DNA from: Verrucomicrobiota bacterium
GTDB taxonomy: Bacteria; Verrucomicrobiota; Verrucomicrobiia; JABWAM01
Assembly: GCA_013288215.1 (NCBI GenBank)
Contig: JABDCI010000002.1
Location: forward strand, 14,226-78,225
Reading direction: 5' to 3'
DNA length: 64,000 nucleotides
Shown: positions 1 through 10,774 of the stretch, piece after piece
How positions within the stretch are numbered: position 1 is the first letter of the stretch
How the letters are laid out: each line of letters begins with the position of its first letter
The notes under the pieces: model-generated
Told to the model about the DNA's origin: nothing
The model's database searches: none
Seen by the model: only the letters and a program-made list of their open reading frames with translations
Translations under genes and position numbers: made by a program

Positions 1-1
1 A

Positions 2-1237
2 GTGATTCGCTCCATTTTCCGAGTGGGCGTGCCCCGCAGCAACCTTCAGAGAGCCCAAGCGGCGATCTCGAGTTTTCTTTTGCACGTTCAGCCGGCGAAA
101 GTTCACAAAAATGTTTTAAAGTTCCGCACCACTCTGGGACTGGGGCTCATCACACTTTATCTTTTCATCATCTTGGTAGTGACGGGCATTCTCTTGATGT
201 TTTATTACGTTCCTTCAACCGAGCACGCTTACCAGGACATGAAAGATCTGGAATTCGTCGTGACGGCCGGATTGGTGCTGCGCAATATGCACCGCTGGTC
301 GGCTCATTTGATGGTGATTTTTGTGATCCTGCATCTTTGCCGTGTTTTTTATACAGGCGCTTACAAAGCCCCCCGCGAATTCAACTGGGTGATTGGAGTC
401 GGCCTTTTTTTAGTCACGCTGGGCCTTTCCTTTACCGGATATCTGCTTCCCTGGGATCAACTCGCCTTTTGGGCCGTGACGGTCGGCACCAGTATCGCGG
501 GATACGCGCCCGTGGTGGGGAACAAAATCAAATATATGCTTTTGGGCGGAAATATCGTCGGCCAATCGGCGCTTCTTCGATTCTATGTGCTTCACGTCAT
601 CGTCTTGCCGTCGATCGCATTTTTCATGATTTCTGTTCATCTTTTTCGAGTGCGTAAAGATGGCGGATTGGCTCGTCCCGAAGAACCTACAGCCTTGCAA
701 AAAGAACATATTCTCTCGCAACTGCCGCAGTCCAAGACCTACGGGCTGATGGAGCTTGCTCGAGGAACAACCCCTGCCGTTGGCATTCGCCAGGAGGATG
801 AAGTGTTCACTTGGCCGCATCTCATTTTCCGGGAAATGTTGTTATTTTTGCTGGTTTCCTCAGTCGTTCTGCTGCTTGCGATTTTTTGGAATGCACCGCT
901 TGAAGAAGCTGCAAATGCTATCCACCCGCCCAATCCGGCAAAAGCGCCTTGGTATTTTTTGGGGCTTCAAGAACTCGTCGCTTATTCGGCATTTTGGGGT
1001 GGAGTGGTTGTTCCCACGCTGGTTGTTACGGCACTCGTCGCCTTGCCTTACATAGATCGGAAGCGCCATGGCGTAGGTGTCTGGTTTTCAAAGGAACGCA
1101 AGGTTGCCATCACACTCTTTAGCATTTGTTTGATTGCCGCCATTAGTTTGACGGTGATCGGGAGTCTCTTTCGTGGGCCCAATTGGGCGTTTCAGTTGCC
1201 ATGGAAAACGGTGCCTTCCGAGGAGTTCCATCCATGA
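2..1237 (+). CDS. cytochrome b of a bc1/b6f-type quinol-cytochrome c reductase (b6-like and subunit-IV-like parts in one polypeptide); N-terminus may lie left of the window
   Basis: 411-aa ORF open to the window edge; polytopic; cytochrome-b blocks [27 protein letters not shown] and C-terminal [17 protein letters not shown]; stop overlaps the next ATG (ATGA 1234-1237). Confidence 0.85.
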   Translation: MIRSIFRVGVPRSNLQRAQAAISSFLLHVQPAKVHKNVLKFRTTLGLGLITLYLFIILVVTGILLMFYYVPSTEHAYQDMKDLEFVVTAGLVLRNMHRWSAHLMVIFVILHLCRVFYTGAYKAPREFNWVIGVGLFLVTLGLSFTGYLLPWDQLAFWAVTVGTSIAGYAPVVGNKIKYMLLGGNIVGQSALLRFYVLHVIVLPSIAFFMISVHLFRVRKDGGLARPEEPTALQKEHILSQLPQSKTYGLMELARGTTPAVGIRQEDEVFTWPHLIFREMLLFLLVSSVVLLLAIFWNAPLEEAANAIHPPNPAKAPWYFLGLQELVAYSAFWGGVVVPTLVVTALVALPYIDRKRHGVGVWFSKERKVAITLFSICLIAAISLTVIGSLFRGPNWAFQLPWKTVPSEEFHP

Positions 1238-2628
1238 GCGAGCCTTCTTTGCGTCCATGGTATCCATGGTTTACCTTCCTCGCGTTCGTTTTAGGTTTAT
1301 TGGTCACGACAGTTTTTTTTAAAGACCAATTTCGAGAATGGAAGAAGTGGCAGAATGCCTATATCAAGCAGGAGATGGCCAAAGCCACCACTGCCGAGCA
1401 ACGTGAAGCGGCGGCCCATATTCCGATCGAAATTAAACAGATTGTCCTGCCCGGCTTAGGACGTGTGGATCGTTGCATTACCTGCCATGTGGCGGTGGAA
1501 GATCCAAGTTATGCGGGTTTAAAGCAACCGTTGGCCTACCACGTCAATCACTCTCAGCATCCTTTCGAAAAATTTGGTTGCACGGTCTGCCACCAGGGGC
1601 AGGGTTTAGCAACGACCAAGGAGGCGGCTCACGGCAATGTGCCTCATTGGGATCGGCCCATGCTGCCGCTGAATTTCTTAGAGGCATCGTGTGCGAAATG
1701 TCATACTGCCGATGAACTCGCCGATGCGCCTAAATTGGCCCAGGGACAGGCTGCTTTCGATAAATTTGGTTGCATCGGATGCCACAAACTTCAAGGCAGG
1801 GGCGGTAATGTGGGGCCCGAACTGGATGCCGTTGGAGCCCGGCGCAGTCCCGAATGGCTTGCCCGTCACTTTAAAAATCCTTCAAAATTGGTGCCAGGTT
1901 CGGCGATGCCGCATTTCCAAATGAGCGATGACGAGATCGCCGCTCTGACCCTCTATATGCTCGGACAAACGGGCGAGCACCTCAGTGACTATTATGTCTC
2001 GATGAAAACCATTCCAAGCGCCGATTCCGGACGACGCCTTTTCCAAGAACGCGGTTGCATCGGTTGCCACTCGGTCGCCAAAAAAGGTGGAGTGATCGGC
2101 CCTGCGCTGGACGATGTGAGCAAACGTCGAACAGGAAAATGGATCGTCGATCACTTTAAAGATCCGCAGTCGGTCTCTCCGGGAAGCGTGATGCCAAAAT
2201 TTGGGTTTACAGAGCAGGAGATAAGAGCGCTGACAGCCTTTCTTGTTTCTTTGTCTGATCCCAATGTGGTCGGTTTTTTGAAAGTTCCTTCGGAGCTGAC
2301 CTCGATTGAGCGAGGGCACACCGTTTTTACGAAGTATGGCTGCGCAGGTTGCCATAATCAGGATGGCAATGGGGGCATTCCAAATCCCAACGCAAAGACA
2401 GCAGAACAAGTTCCCAGTCTCAAGTATGTTGCCGAAGGTTATACCAAAGATGAATTGAAAAAATTTATCATGAATGGGCAACGCGAAATTGCGATGAAGG
2501 ATCCCAGTCGTCCGCCTCCGCCTCTTTACATGCCTGCTTGGAAGACGCGCATCCCGGAGGGTGAACTCGATGATCTCGTCGATTATCTTATCTCGTTAAT
2601 GCCGAAAGACGAGAAGACTTCGTTTTAG
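1234..2628 (+). CDS. membrane-anchored hexahaem c-type cytochrome, probable cytochrome c subunit of the bc complex
   Basis: six CxxCH motifs (CITCH, CTVCH, CAKCH, CIGCH, CIGCH, CAGCH); N-terminal TM helix [18 protein letters not shown]; three C-terminal class-I-like repeats each followed by an MP Met-ligand motif; start placed at ATG 1234 (ATGA overlap) rather than ORF-track 1183. Confidence 0.8.
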   Translation: MSEPSLRPWYPWFTFLAFVLGLLVTTVFFKDQFREWKKWQNAYIKQEMAKATTAEQREAAAHIPIEIKQIVLPGLGRVDRCITCHVAVEDPSYAGLKQPLAYHVNHSQHPFEKFGCTVCHQGQGLATTKEAAHGNVPHWDRPMLPLNFLEASCAKCHTADELADAPKLAQGQAAFDKFGCIGCHKLQGRGGNVGPELDAVGARRSPEWLARHFKNPSKLVPGSAMPHFQMSDDEIAALTLYMLGQTGEHLSDYYVSMKTIPSADSGRRLFQERGCIGCHSVAKKGGVIGPALDDVSKRRTGKWIVDHFKDPQSVSPGSVMPKFGFTEQEIRALTAFLVSLSDPNVVGFLKVPSELTSIERGHTVFTKYGCAGCHNQDGNGGIPNPNAKTAEQVPSLKYVAEGYTKDELKKFIMNGQREIAMKDPSRPPPPLYMPAWKTRIPEGELDDLVDYLISLMPKDEKTSF

Positions 2629-2946
2629 TCCCATTTGCACCCAGTTTTTGGTCCCTGTGAAGCAGACATGTCGATGTTGCGGTGACTTCGCTTTTCTGAG
2701 CCAGGGAAGATATGCGTCTGGGTCAGCATGGATGTTCTGTTCAAACACCAACCTCATTTTCGATTCCCTATTTTACAGAACCATGCCAATAGCCTCGTCC
2801 AGATCCAATCGATCACTCAATAGCAAATCCGACAGGTACTCGATTCAACCGATTAAGAGATTTATGGAGTTCTTGATGTCACACAACAGGAAAAGTTCGA
2901 GGGAAGACATGAACCTTTCAAGATAGGCGTACCGGTTTTACGCAAT

Positions 2947-3870
2947 CTATCTCGGCTTGATTGCCGTGAGATAGGCAATCGTGTCACGTTCGACTCTCTG
3001 TCCGGACTCCACGAGCGGACGCAAACCTTCCTCGTACTGGCGTTGCTCCTCATCACTAAAATGGGAGGCCAGAATCTCGCGAATCGTCGGAGCTCGTGGA
3101 TGAGGAGACATGTCGATAAACGTATCCCATGATAGAGCCCCTGCCTTCCGGACATCGATGTGCAACTCGAGATGAATCTCCCCGAAACCCGCGCTCTGAC
3201 AGAGCCCAACCAGATCCCGCTCAGAAAAGTTTATGAGAGGATCGTTTTTAATCGCCTCCTCGGTCGTCGATGGAAACTGCGCCGCCTTGCAGCGCAGCAT
3301 AAGACGAACGTGCGCGGTCACGTCACATGCCGGCTTGGCTTCGAGGTACCGTATATGCGCGGCAATCTGCAACGCTTCATCGCGAAAAATCGGTTCGGCA
3401 ATCGAGATGCGTCCGCCCGGTTTGAGCACTCGGTAAAACTCGCCCACGGCGGCAGCCTTATTGGCGACATAGGCAAGGACAGCACGGGATGTAACGACAT
3501 CGACCGATTCGTCCACGATACCTTCAAGCCGCTCGGCAGAACCCTGAAGAAAGGTGCAGCAATCGCGCACGCCGCGTTCGATGGCGCATTTTTCTGCGTG
3601 TTGTAACAATGGCACCGATAGATCAGTGAAAACCACCCGCAATGAAAGTCCGATACGTTCGAGTGCCCCGAACGCAATCAAACCGTCGCCTGCTCCCACA
3701 TCGACAAGGGTCATTCCTGCCGACAATGCTGCTCCATCGAGCACACGATCACGAATCCGTTCGATCACTCCGCGAATCACCTGCTCGTGATTCGGATTGC
3801 CGCCGTGGCGCCGTCGGAGCAGCCACTCGGACCACAAGTCGGCTGGTGGGTATTCGTTTTGAGTGATCAA
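2947..3870 (-). CDS. class I SAM-dependent methyltransferase
   Basis: motif I LVDVGAGDGLIAFGA and post-I/II blocks (VVFTDLS, VLKPGGRISI); the ORF-track 5' extension to 4167 overlaps the upstream GH26 gene, so start is placed at in-frame TTG 3870 (uncertain). Confidence 0.7.
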   Translation of the reverse strand: MITQNEYPPADLWSEWLLRRRHGGNPNHEQVIRGVIERIRDRVLDGAALSAGMTLVDVGAGDGLIAFGALERIGLSLRVVFTDLSVPLLQHAEKCAIERGVRDCCTFLQGSAERLEGIVDESVDVVTSRAVLAYVANKAAAVGEFYRVLKPGGRISIAEPIFRDEALQIAAHIRYLEAKPACDVTAHVRLMLRCKAAQFPSTTEEAIKNDPLINFSERDLVGLCQSAGFGEIHLELHIDVRKAGALSWDTFIDMSPHPRAPTIREILASHFSDEEQRQYEEGLRPLVESGQRVERDTIAYLTAIKPR

Positions 3871-3946
3871 AATTTCAGAAAACCAAAGACTGTTTCTACA
3901 GATAGAGAAACATTCTTTGAAGAAAATGGCAATAAAACACACTCTG

Positions 3947-4954
3947 CTAGGGTATCTGCTCATGGGAACCGTAAATGGGCGAGGCTGCCATATCCCGATA
4001 GGCATCCAACGCGGAAGGTGACGACTGGATTCGGAAATCGCCTTCGGCCTTCTTGCTGAAAACAATGAGGGCGCGGATGCGCGGCATCTGTTCTGGAACA
4101 TCATGCAGAAAACTCTGATGGATCCATGCCGCCTTGTCGCCCCCCTGCTCGGAACAACCCCATTCACAAATCATGATCGGCCGGTCCGTGAGTTGCGCAA
4201 GGTCATCGTAGGATGCCTTGAAGATTTCGATTGCGGAGCGCCACGGTGAATGGGGAGGTCCGAAGTTGTAGCCGTCAAGCCCCACAACGTCGACGTACGC
4301 GTCGCCTGGGTAAAGCGGATCGAAGGGGGCGGTGGACGGGCCGAAGCCTTGGACATTGGGACACCAGACCCACTGTACATTCGCCGCCCCTGCCGCCCGG
4401 AAAAGGTCGACGATGTGCCGCCACGCGCGAATAAAATCCTCACTTGTGTTGCCATTCACGCCCGGGCCGAAGCCCTGCCACGTCCCATTCATCTCGTGCA
4501 TCAGCCGGACGAAGAACGGTTGTTTCCAATCCGCAGCCGCCTTTGCCGCCCGGCAAATGAGTTCATCATATTTGCCGGCATTGATTTCTGGGAGCAGAAT
4601 CTTGCGGTTTGGCGACCACGTGATCATCGGTTCCATGCGCAGCCTGGAGAGGGCTTCCATTTGTTTCGGATAAAACAGAGGTTCGTCCCAGTTCTGAAAC
4701 CACATGACGATTCGAGGCGGGACACCGGCAGATTGGGTGTAGGTTTCGATGTCCGCCGGAAACGTGGATCCGGCATAAACGCCGATCATGATCGGCTCGT
4801 GCGCCGGCAGTTCGGCCCCGCTCGCTGTCCCTAAATGGCTGTCGAATACGAACACAACCGTCAGGAGGATTGCCTTGGATGCCCTCCACCACTTCACGAA
4901 ATAGGTGACCGGTTTTCGATCCAGCTTTTCGAGTCGTTCATCGATCGTTTCCAT
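3947..4954 (-). CDS. glycoside hydrolase family 26-like (beta-mannanase-like) with N-terminal membrane anchor/signal
   Basis: 335 aa; blocks FVRLMHEMNGTW (acid/base Glu context) and IMICEWGC (nucleophile Glu context) as I remember them for GH26; N-terminal hydrophobic helix AILLTVVFVF. Confidence 0.6.
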   Translation of the reverse strand: METIDERLEKLDRKPVTYFVKWWRASKAILLTVVFVFDSHLGTASGAELPAHEPIMIGVYAGSTFPADIETYTQSAGVPPRIVMWFQNWDEPLFYPKQMEALSRLRMEPMITWSPNRKILLPEINAGKYDELICRAAKAAADWKQPFFVRLMHEMNGTWQGFGPGVNGNTSEDFIRAWRHIVDLFRAAGAANVQWVWCPNVQGFGPSTAPFDPLYPGDAYVDVVGLDGYNFGPPHSPWRSAIEIFKASYDDLAQLTDRPIMICEWGCSEQGGDKAAWIHQSFLHDVPEQMPRIRALIVFSKKAEGDFRIQSSPSALDAYRDMAASPIYGSHEQIP

Positions 4955-5110
4955 GAGCCTGCGGTGAGGACTCCATTTCAGGAAGGGTCGCTCATTTTTT
5001 CGGCATCAAACGAATCAAGATGGTGCAAAAAATACAAATTCGTGCCGGTTCTGTTGCTAGAAGCTCTTTTTTGGACACCTTTTTCTGGATTTTACCTCTG
5101 CGGCTTAAGA

Positions 5111-5186
5111 TGGTGGAGGCAAGGGGATTCGAACCCCTGACCTTCTCATTGCGAACGAGACGCTCTACCAACTGAGCTATGCCCCC
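5111..5186 (-). tRNA. tRNA-Ala (anticodon CGC), CCA encoded
   Basis: reverse complement folds as GGGGGCA-TA-GCTC/AGTTGGTA/GAGC-G-TCTCG/TTCGCAA/TGAGA-AGGTC-AGGGG/TTCGAAT/CCCCT-TGCCTCC-ACCA; G3:U70 Ala identity pair present. Confidence 0.92.
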
Positions 5187-5334
5187 ACGAAACTGCAATC
5201 CATAAGTTATAAGCCTTTGACCATGAAGAAAAGAAGATATTAAGGAGCTTCAACCAAATCCTTTTCACAGGGGAAAAGGAGATTGTTTCCCCTTGCAGCT
5301 AGGCGTCCAAAACTTATAGCGTTGTCTCTCCCGG

Positions 5335-7773
5335 ATGAAATTTTCCTACAACTGGCTTCGCGAACTCGTTCCCTTTCCGTGGAGCGTTCCCGAGCTTGCC
5401 GAACGGCTCACCATGGCAGGGGTGGAGGTCGAAGAGATCTTTATTCAGGGTGAAGGACTCAGCAATGTGGTTGCGGCGCAGATCCTCAAATCGGAACAGC
5501 ATCCGAATGCGGATCGCCTCAGCGTTTGCGAAGTCGACTGCGGTTCGGGGAAAAAAAACATCGTGTGCGGCGCGAAAAATTACAAAGTCGGCGACAAGAT
5601 TCCCTTGGCTCTTCCCGGCGCCACATTGCCGAACGGCATGGAGATTCGCCGCTCGAAACTGCGCGGGGTGGAATCCGACGGCATGATGTGTTCGTCGAAG
5701 GAACTCGGACTTGCCGAGGATGCGGAAGGACTTCTTATCCTGCCGCCTGAAACCAAGCCTGGCCAACCCATTGCGGAAGCTCTTGGGCTTAACGACACCC
5801 TCTTCGAACTCGAGATCACGCCGAACCGTTCCGATCTCCTGAGCCACTGGGGAATGGCGCGTGAGATTGCCGCGATTGGCGATTTTCCGTCTCCCTCCTT
5901 GACACAACTTCTTCCGGAAAATGAAGAACGCATGTTGAGGCAGGGAACACCGCCTCATTTTCCCATCACGGTTGAGGACTCCCAGCTTTGTCCACGCTAC
6001 ACGGCGCGCCTCATCCGAGGTGTCAAAGTGGGGCCAAGTCCTGAGTGGCTGCGACGCCGTTTGGAGAGCCTTGGCGAACGCACCATTTCCAATGTCGTCG
6101 ATCTCACCAATTATGTTCTTCACGAAATGGGCCAGCCGCTTCACGCCTTCGACCTCGGGCTGCTCCAAGGTCCGGCGATCCTGGTGCGCCGCGCGCGGGC
6201 GAGCGAAAAAATCGTGCGGCTCGACGATGAGACAAGCGAATTGAATCCCAATATCCTCGTGATCGCCGACGCGCAGGGTCCCGTCGCCATCGCGGGAGTC
6301 ATGGGGGGGCGCCATACGGGAGTCAACGATTCCACGACCGATATTCTCTTGGAATCGGCGATGTTCCAGCCTGGAAACATCCGCAAGACTTCCAAGGCGC
6401 TCGGCGTTTCCAGCGGTTCGTCCTATCGTTTTGAACGCGGAGTCGACGCGGAACTCGCCGCCTGGGCAAGTTTCCGCGCCACCCAGTTGATAGTGAAAGT
6501 GTGCGGCGGAAAGGTGGAAGGCGGATTGATGGATTGCCGAAGTTCGAAGCCAATTGCCCCCTCGATCCTCTGCCGCCATGCGCGCGTGCAATCGATCCTC
6601 GGCAAAACGGTTCCAGCCGCTGAAGCCAGCGGGATTTTGAAGAGGCTGGGCTGCGAGCTGAATGCAGAAGGGGAAGTTTATGAGGTGCGCCCCCCATCCT
6701 ATCGTCCTGATCTCATGCGCGAAATTGATCTGATCGAGGAAATCGCGCGTGTTTATGGCATTCAGAACATTCCCGGAACCGTCTCGCCGATTGCGGTGAC
6801 AACAACGAAAACAAGCGGATCTTTTCTCTTCACGCAAAACGTGCGTTCGATCCTTTCGAAATTGGGGTTAAACGAAGCTGCGAATTACAGCATTGTTTCC
6901 GGCGAAACCGTGAAGGAGTTGTCGGGAGGAGATGGAGTCCCCGTTCCTTTGGCAAATCCGCTCAACACAGAAATGGACACACTTCGTCCGTCGCTCTGGA
7001 GAGGCCTGATCGAAGCTGCCACGCGCAATTTTTCAGGTGGCAATGCGGGCGTGGCGCTCTTTGAGGTAGGGAAAGTCTTTTCACTGATCCATGGAAACGC
7101 GCAGGAGTCCCCTTCGATTGCACTGATCCTGGCGGGTGCCCGATTCGAGGGCGCCACCTGGGAGAAGCAGAGCGCGCGTTCCTACGATTTTTACGATTTG
7201 AAAGGTGTAGTCACGGCCTTCTTGGAGAGTCTCGGCGTCTCTCACGTTCGCACGGAGATATTGCAAGACGACCGCATGATCCCCGTCGAGAAAGGACTTT
7301 CCCTGGAGCTCCTTTCGCCTCAGGGAACACGCATCGGCATTGTGGGAACCGTCAAAAGCTCCCTGGCCCGCGCGGCAAAGGTTCCCCTCGATCTTTTTTT
7401 TGCGGAACTCAACGCGGCGTGGCTGCAGGAACAGCAGCCGGGCCTTCGTCCCTATCAGCCATGGCCGGTCTATCCTTCCATCCGGCGCGATATCGCGCTG
7501 ACGCTCGGAGCGGGTCAAAAACATCGCGGCATTGAAGAAATGCTTCAAAAGCTTGCAAAAACTCATGCAGAACCGCGGGGAATTTTTTTGCAAAAAGTGG
7601 AGCTGTTTGATATATTCGCGTCAGATAAAATTGGGAACGACAGGAAATCCCTTGCGTATTTGATGATCTACCAGAGCCCGAGCAAGACATTGACGGACCC
7701 GGAGGTCAATCAGGTGCACGATGCGATCAAAAAAGAGCTGCGCGAGCAGATTTCCTGCGAGATACGGGAATGA
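5335..7773 (+). CDS. pheT: phenylalanine--tRNA ligase beta subunit
   Basis: 812 aa; canonical N-terminus MKFSYNWLRELV, tRNA-binding domain (HPNADRLSVCEVD), B3/4 and B5 blocks and a C-terminal anticodon-binding-like domain. Confidence 0.93.
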   Translation: MKFSYNWLRELVPFPWSVPELAERLTMAGVEVEEIFIQGEGLSNVVAAQILKSEQHPNADRLSVCEVDCGSGKKNIVCGAKNYKVGDKIPLALPGATLPNGMEIRRSKLRGVESDGMMCSSKELGLAEDAEGLLILPPETKPGQPIAEALGLNDTLFELEITPNRSDLLSHWGMAREIAAIGDFPSPSLTQLLPENEERMLRQGTPPHFPITVEDSQLCPRYTARLIRGVKVGPSPEWLRRRLESLGERTISNVVDLTNYVLHEMGQPLHAFDLGLLQGPAILVRRARASEKIVRLDDETSELNPNILVIADAQGPVAIAGVMGGRHTGVNDSTTDILLESAMFQPGNIRKTSKALGVSSGSSYRFERGVDAELAAWASFRATQLIVKVCGGKVEGGLMDCRSSKPIAPSILCRHARVQSILGKTVPAAEASGILKRLGCELNAEGEVYEVRPPSYRPDLMREIDLIEEIARVYGIQNIPGTVSPIAVTTTKTSGSFLFTQNVRSILSKLGLNEAANYSIVSGETVKELSGGDGVPVPLANPLNTEMDTLRPSLWRGLIEAATRNFSGGNAGVALFEVGKVFSLIHGNAQESPSIALILAGARFEGATWEKQSARSYDFYDLKGVVTAFLESLGVSHVRTEILQDDRMIPVEKGLSLELLSPQGTRIGIVGTVKSSLARAAKVPLDLFFAELNAAWLQEQQPGLRPYQPWPVYPSIRRDIALTLGAGQKHRGIEEMLQKLAKTHAEPRGIFLQKVELFDIFASDKIGNDRKSLAYLMIYQSPSKTLTDPEVNQVHDAIKKELREQISCEIRE

Positions 7774-8020
7774 TGTTCTTTGAATGAGATCTGCGTGCGG
7801 CATCCGAGCCTCACCCATTCTTCTTATCATTTTGACCCTGCGCTGTTCGCGAATCCGAACGACTATTCTTTGAGCCGTATAAATCACTAAAGGGGACTCG
7901 CTTTGGCCGTGGCCGACATGCCTTTTTAGGAAGTCGAAAGCGGTTGAGCATTCACCCGCCCTGTTAAATCAGGGTTCAAAGAGATCGTTCTCTACGGCAG
8001 ATGCGGGGTCTTTTTTTTGC

Positions 8021-8818
8021 TTATTCAGACTTCTCCACGTGCTCCCGCCATTGGATCTTCCCATTGGACGCCATCGTTTCGAACATATGAGGAAGTGTTC
8101 CTGCCGCACGCACTTCAACCGTCCCACCAGCCTCTTCAACAAGAAGAATCCCCGCCCCAATGTCCCAGAGGCGCACCTTAAACTCCAAATACATGTCCAT
8201 GCGTCCTGCAGCCACATAGGCGAGATCGAGAGCGGCCGATCCCATGGTGCGAATTTTGCGGGCCGCCTTGACGAGCGATTTGTAATAGTGAAGGCCTTCG
8301 TTGATCGTTTCTTCGGTCTTGGCAAATCCGACGGATAAGATGGCTTCGCTGATCTTGGCGCGAGGGCTCACCGTCAAGCGCTTGCCATTCAGATAAGCTC
8401 CTTTGCCCTTCTCCGCCCAAAAAAGTTCGTCGCGCATCGGATCATAAATCACACCGACAATGGATTCGTAGCCGCCCAGGGCGGTTCGCGCGCCAGGATT
8501 ACGGCGCTGCAGCGCCACGGAGACACAGAAGTGGGGTATCGCGTAAGTGTAGTTGACCGTGCCATCGAGCGGATCGACCACCCAGCGATATTCGCCCTTC
8601 TCATTGCCGTGGCTTTCCTCTTCGCCCACGATGGAGTGGTCAGGAAAGGCGTCCAGAATGCACGATTCGATCAATCTCTGGCAGTCGACATCCATCTGCA
8701 GCTTGATATCGTGCGTCTCCACCTCATTCACCAACTGATTCTGGCCGAAGTGTTCCCGCAACAGTTTTCCCGCCTTCTGCGCGCTTTGTTTGGCAATCTC
8801 GAGGAACGACATGACCAA
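8021..8818 (-). CDS. suhB: inositol monophosphatase family protein (SuhB-like)
   Basis: 265 aa; IMPase motifs GEE...[12 protein letters not shown] and [15 protein letters not shown]. Confidence 0.85.
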   Translation of the reverse strand: MVMSFLEIAKQSAQKAGKLLREHFGQNQLVNEVETHDIKLQMDVDCQRLIESCILDAFPDHSIVGEEESHGNEKGEYRWVVDPLDGTVNYTYAIPHFCVSVALQRRNPGARTALGGYESIVGVIYDPMRDELFWAEKGKGAYLNGKRLTVSPRAKISEAILSVGFAKTEETINEGLHYYKSLVKAARKIRTMGSAALDLAYVAAGRMDMYLEFKVRLWDIGAGILLVEEAGGTVEVRAAGTLPHMFETMASNGKIQWREHVEKSE

Positions 8819-8901
8819 CTACCCTGCCACGAGCCCGCCGGGAAGCAAATCGATTTCTTGATCCATGTTGGATTCCTGACCTTGCAACACCCTGCCCTCG
8901 C

Positions 8902-9822
8902 ATGGCATTCTTCCCACTTCTTATGAACGCGACCATGAATCTTCCCATCCTTTCGTTTCAATCGCCCCAACTTAAGAAATTCCGTTCGGGCAAAGTGCGG
9001 GAAGTTTTTGATATGGGAGACTCTCTTCTCTTTGTCGCCACCGACCGGATTTCCGCTTTCGACGTCGTGCTTCCGGATGGCATTCCAGACAAAGGCCGCG
9101 TGCTGACGCAACTTTCCCTTTTTTGGTTCGATTTTTTAAAGAACATCACAAAACACCACTTCCTCACGACCGATCTCGCCGGGCTCGAAAAACAGCATCC
9201 AGAGTTGCGCGGACGTTCCATGATGGTGCGCAAGACGAAGCCCCTGGCCATCGAATGTGTTGTTCGCGGATATCTGGCTGGCTCCGGCTGGAAGGAATAT
9301 CAAAAAAAGGGCACGGTTTGCGGCATTCCCCTGCCCGCTGGACTTCAGGAATCATCCGAACTTCCCAAGCCCATCTTCACTCCATCCACCAAGGCGGAAA
9401 TAGGACATGACGAAAATATTTCCTTTGATGAAGCGGCATCCATCATCGGACCGGCCAAGGCGGAAAAAGTCCGTGATCTTTCGATCGCCATCTATTCGGC
9501 GGCGCGGAATGAGGCGCGCACGAAGGGGATCATCATCGCCGACACCAAATTCGAATTTGGCGAGCTTCCCGACGGATCGCTTCTCCTGATCGACGAAATA
9601 CTCACGCCTGATTCGTCGCGTTTTTGGCCGGCGGATGCCTACAAGCCTGGACGCGGCCAACCCAGCTTCGACAAGCAATTCGTCCGCGACTATCTCGAAA
9701 CCCTTGACTGGAACAAACAGCCTCCCGGCCCTCATCTTCCGGATGAAGTCATTCAGAAAACCAGCGCGAAATACCGCGAGGCTTACGTGAAGATAGTCGG
9801 CAAGGCGCTTCCAAAAGACTGA
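8902..9822 (+). CDS. purC: phosphoribosylaminoimidazole-succinocarboxamide synthase
   Basis: long-form PurC blocks [45 protein letters not shown]; true start may be ATG 8923 or 8935. Confidence 0.9.
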   Translation: MAFFPLLMNATMNLPILSFQSPQLKKFRSGKVREVFDMGDSLLFVATDRISAFDVVLPDGIPDKGRVLTQLSLFWFDFLKNITKHHFLTTDLAGLEKQHPELRGRSMMVRKTKPLAIECVVRGYLAGSGWKEYQKKGTVCGIPLPAGLQESSELPKPIFTPSTKAEIGHDENISFDEAASIIGPAKAEKVRDLSIAIYSAARNEARTKGIIIADTKFEFGELPDGSLLLIDEILTPDSSRFWPADAYKPGRGQPSFDKQFVRDYLETLDWNKQPPGPHLPDEVIQKTSAKYREAYVKIVGKALPKD

Positions 9823-9832
9823 TTCCAGAACC

Positions 9833-10774
9833 TTAGATTGTGGGGGGCAGATGGTCTTCGCAATATTCGTAGCCGTCGCTCGCCACGCGAAAGATGAGGC
9901 CTGGTGAATCCAACTCGGTGCGCCCGCATGCGTTGCAGCGGTGAAAAGAAACGTATTCCCTGACAGAAGACGGGGCGATCGGACGCGGATGCAGCCCGCG
10001 CAAGAGGCGTTCACGAATCGAAAACGGATGGATCGGCCCTTCCCAACGGAGCGCCAGCATTTCGGTGGAGGATTGACTAAAAATGAAGAACGCCAGAATC
10101 GCGAGCTGTCCGACGGAAAACTCAAAGCCAAAGAAATGGAAGGAACCTGAAAAACCCCTTAAAAGCGCCAGAATAAGAACAAATCCGGCAAGAAACTTAC
10201 TTAATCCGACAGCCCATTGAGTCGCCCTGCGGACGCCAATGAAATACCAAAGGCTGTCTCGAAGAATGCGTCCGCCATCCATCGGAAATGCCGGGATCAG
10301 GTTGAAGAGCAAGAGAGCACCATTCATGAAGATTAATTCCTTCACCGTGTTTCCTAGATAATAGGAGAGATCCACTGGCAGGCTTTCGATTCCCACGAAA
10401 AATCCGAAGAGGCAGAGCGAAACGAAAGGTCCAGCCGCGGAAGTGAGGAGATGCGCGGTGGGATGGAAGGCGGGACGGCAAAAGGCCAGTCCACCCAGAG
10501 GCCACAAGAGAATTTGGGTCGCTTCTCCATCACACCAGCGGGCCGCAAGCGCATGGCCAAATTCGTGCAGGAGAATCGAAACGTAGAGCGCACCGATATA
10601 ACAGAGGGCAAGAACCCAGTTCTCCTGAATCAAGGGCATCCAGTACAAAAGAATGAGAAAAAAAGTGATGTGAATTCGAACAGATATTCCGAAAAATTTT
10701 CCAGCTGGAAACGACAGACCGAAGAAATTCACAAGGTTCGCTCCGTCGAAGTCCACCGTGTGGCTGCGAGACAA
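9833..10774 (-). CDS. M50 family site-2 protease-like intramembrane metalloprotease with C-terminal Cys-rich (zinc-ribbon-like) tail
   Basis: HEFGHALAARW (HExxH) and NLIPAFPMDGGRIL (second metal-ligand motif); polytopic; no PDZ; C-terminus HRCNACG...YCEDH; 5' end overlaps the MFS gene 3' end by 46 nt, so the start is uncertain. Confidence 0.8.
   Translation of the reverse strand: MSRSHTVDFDGANLVNFFGLSFPAGKFFGISVRIHITFFLILLYWMPLIQENWVLALCYIGALYVSILLHEFGHALAARWCDGEATQILLWPLGGLAFCRPAFHPTAHLLTSAAGPFVSLCLFGFFVGIESLPVDLSYYLGNTVKELIFMNGALLLFNLIPAFPMDGGRILRDSLWYFIGVRRATQWAVGLSKFLAGFVLILALLRGFSGSFHFFGFEFSVGQLAILAFFIFSQSSTEMLALRWEGPIHPFSIRERLLRGLHPRPIAPSSVREYVSFHRCNACGRTELDSPGLIFRVASDGYEYCEDHLPPTI

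Noticed and set aside
2629-2946. Less GC-rich 318-bp spacer with a 92-aa plus-strand ORF. On the minus strand there is a short frame, MSSLELFLLCDIKNSINLLIG-TGA-IEYLSDLLLSDRLDLDEAIGMVL, that vaguely recalls a DUF86/HEPN N-terminus.
   Set aside because: The resemblance is too short and weak to call. The frame contains an in-frame stop, and the 92-aa ORF has no motif. At most this is a decayed remnant, and it cannot be supported without a profile search.
5314-6837. 507-aa ORF on the minus strand
   Set aside because: It lies entirely antisense to the well-supported pheT gene. The composition is Arg/Gly/Ala-rich with no motifs, which is typical of chance antisense ORFs in GC-rich coding DNA.
8005-8020. 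T8 run between the convergent pheT and suhB-like genes
   Set aside because: No convincing GC-rich stem precedes it on either strand, so I do not call it an intrinsic terminator.
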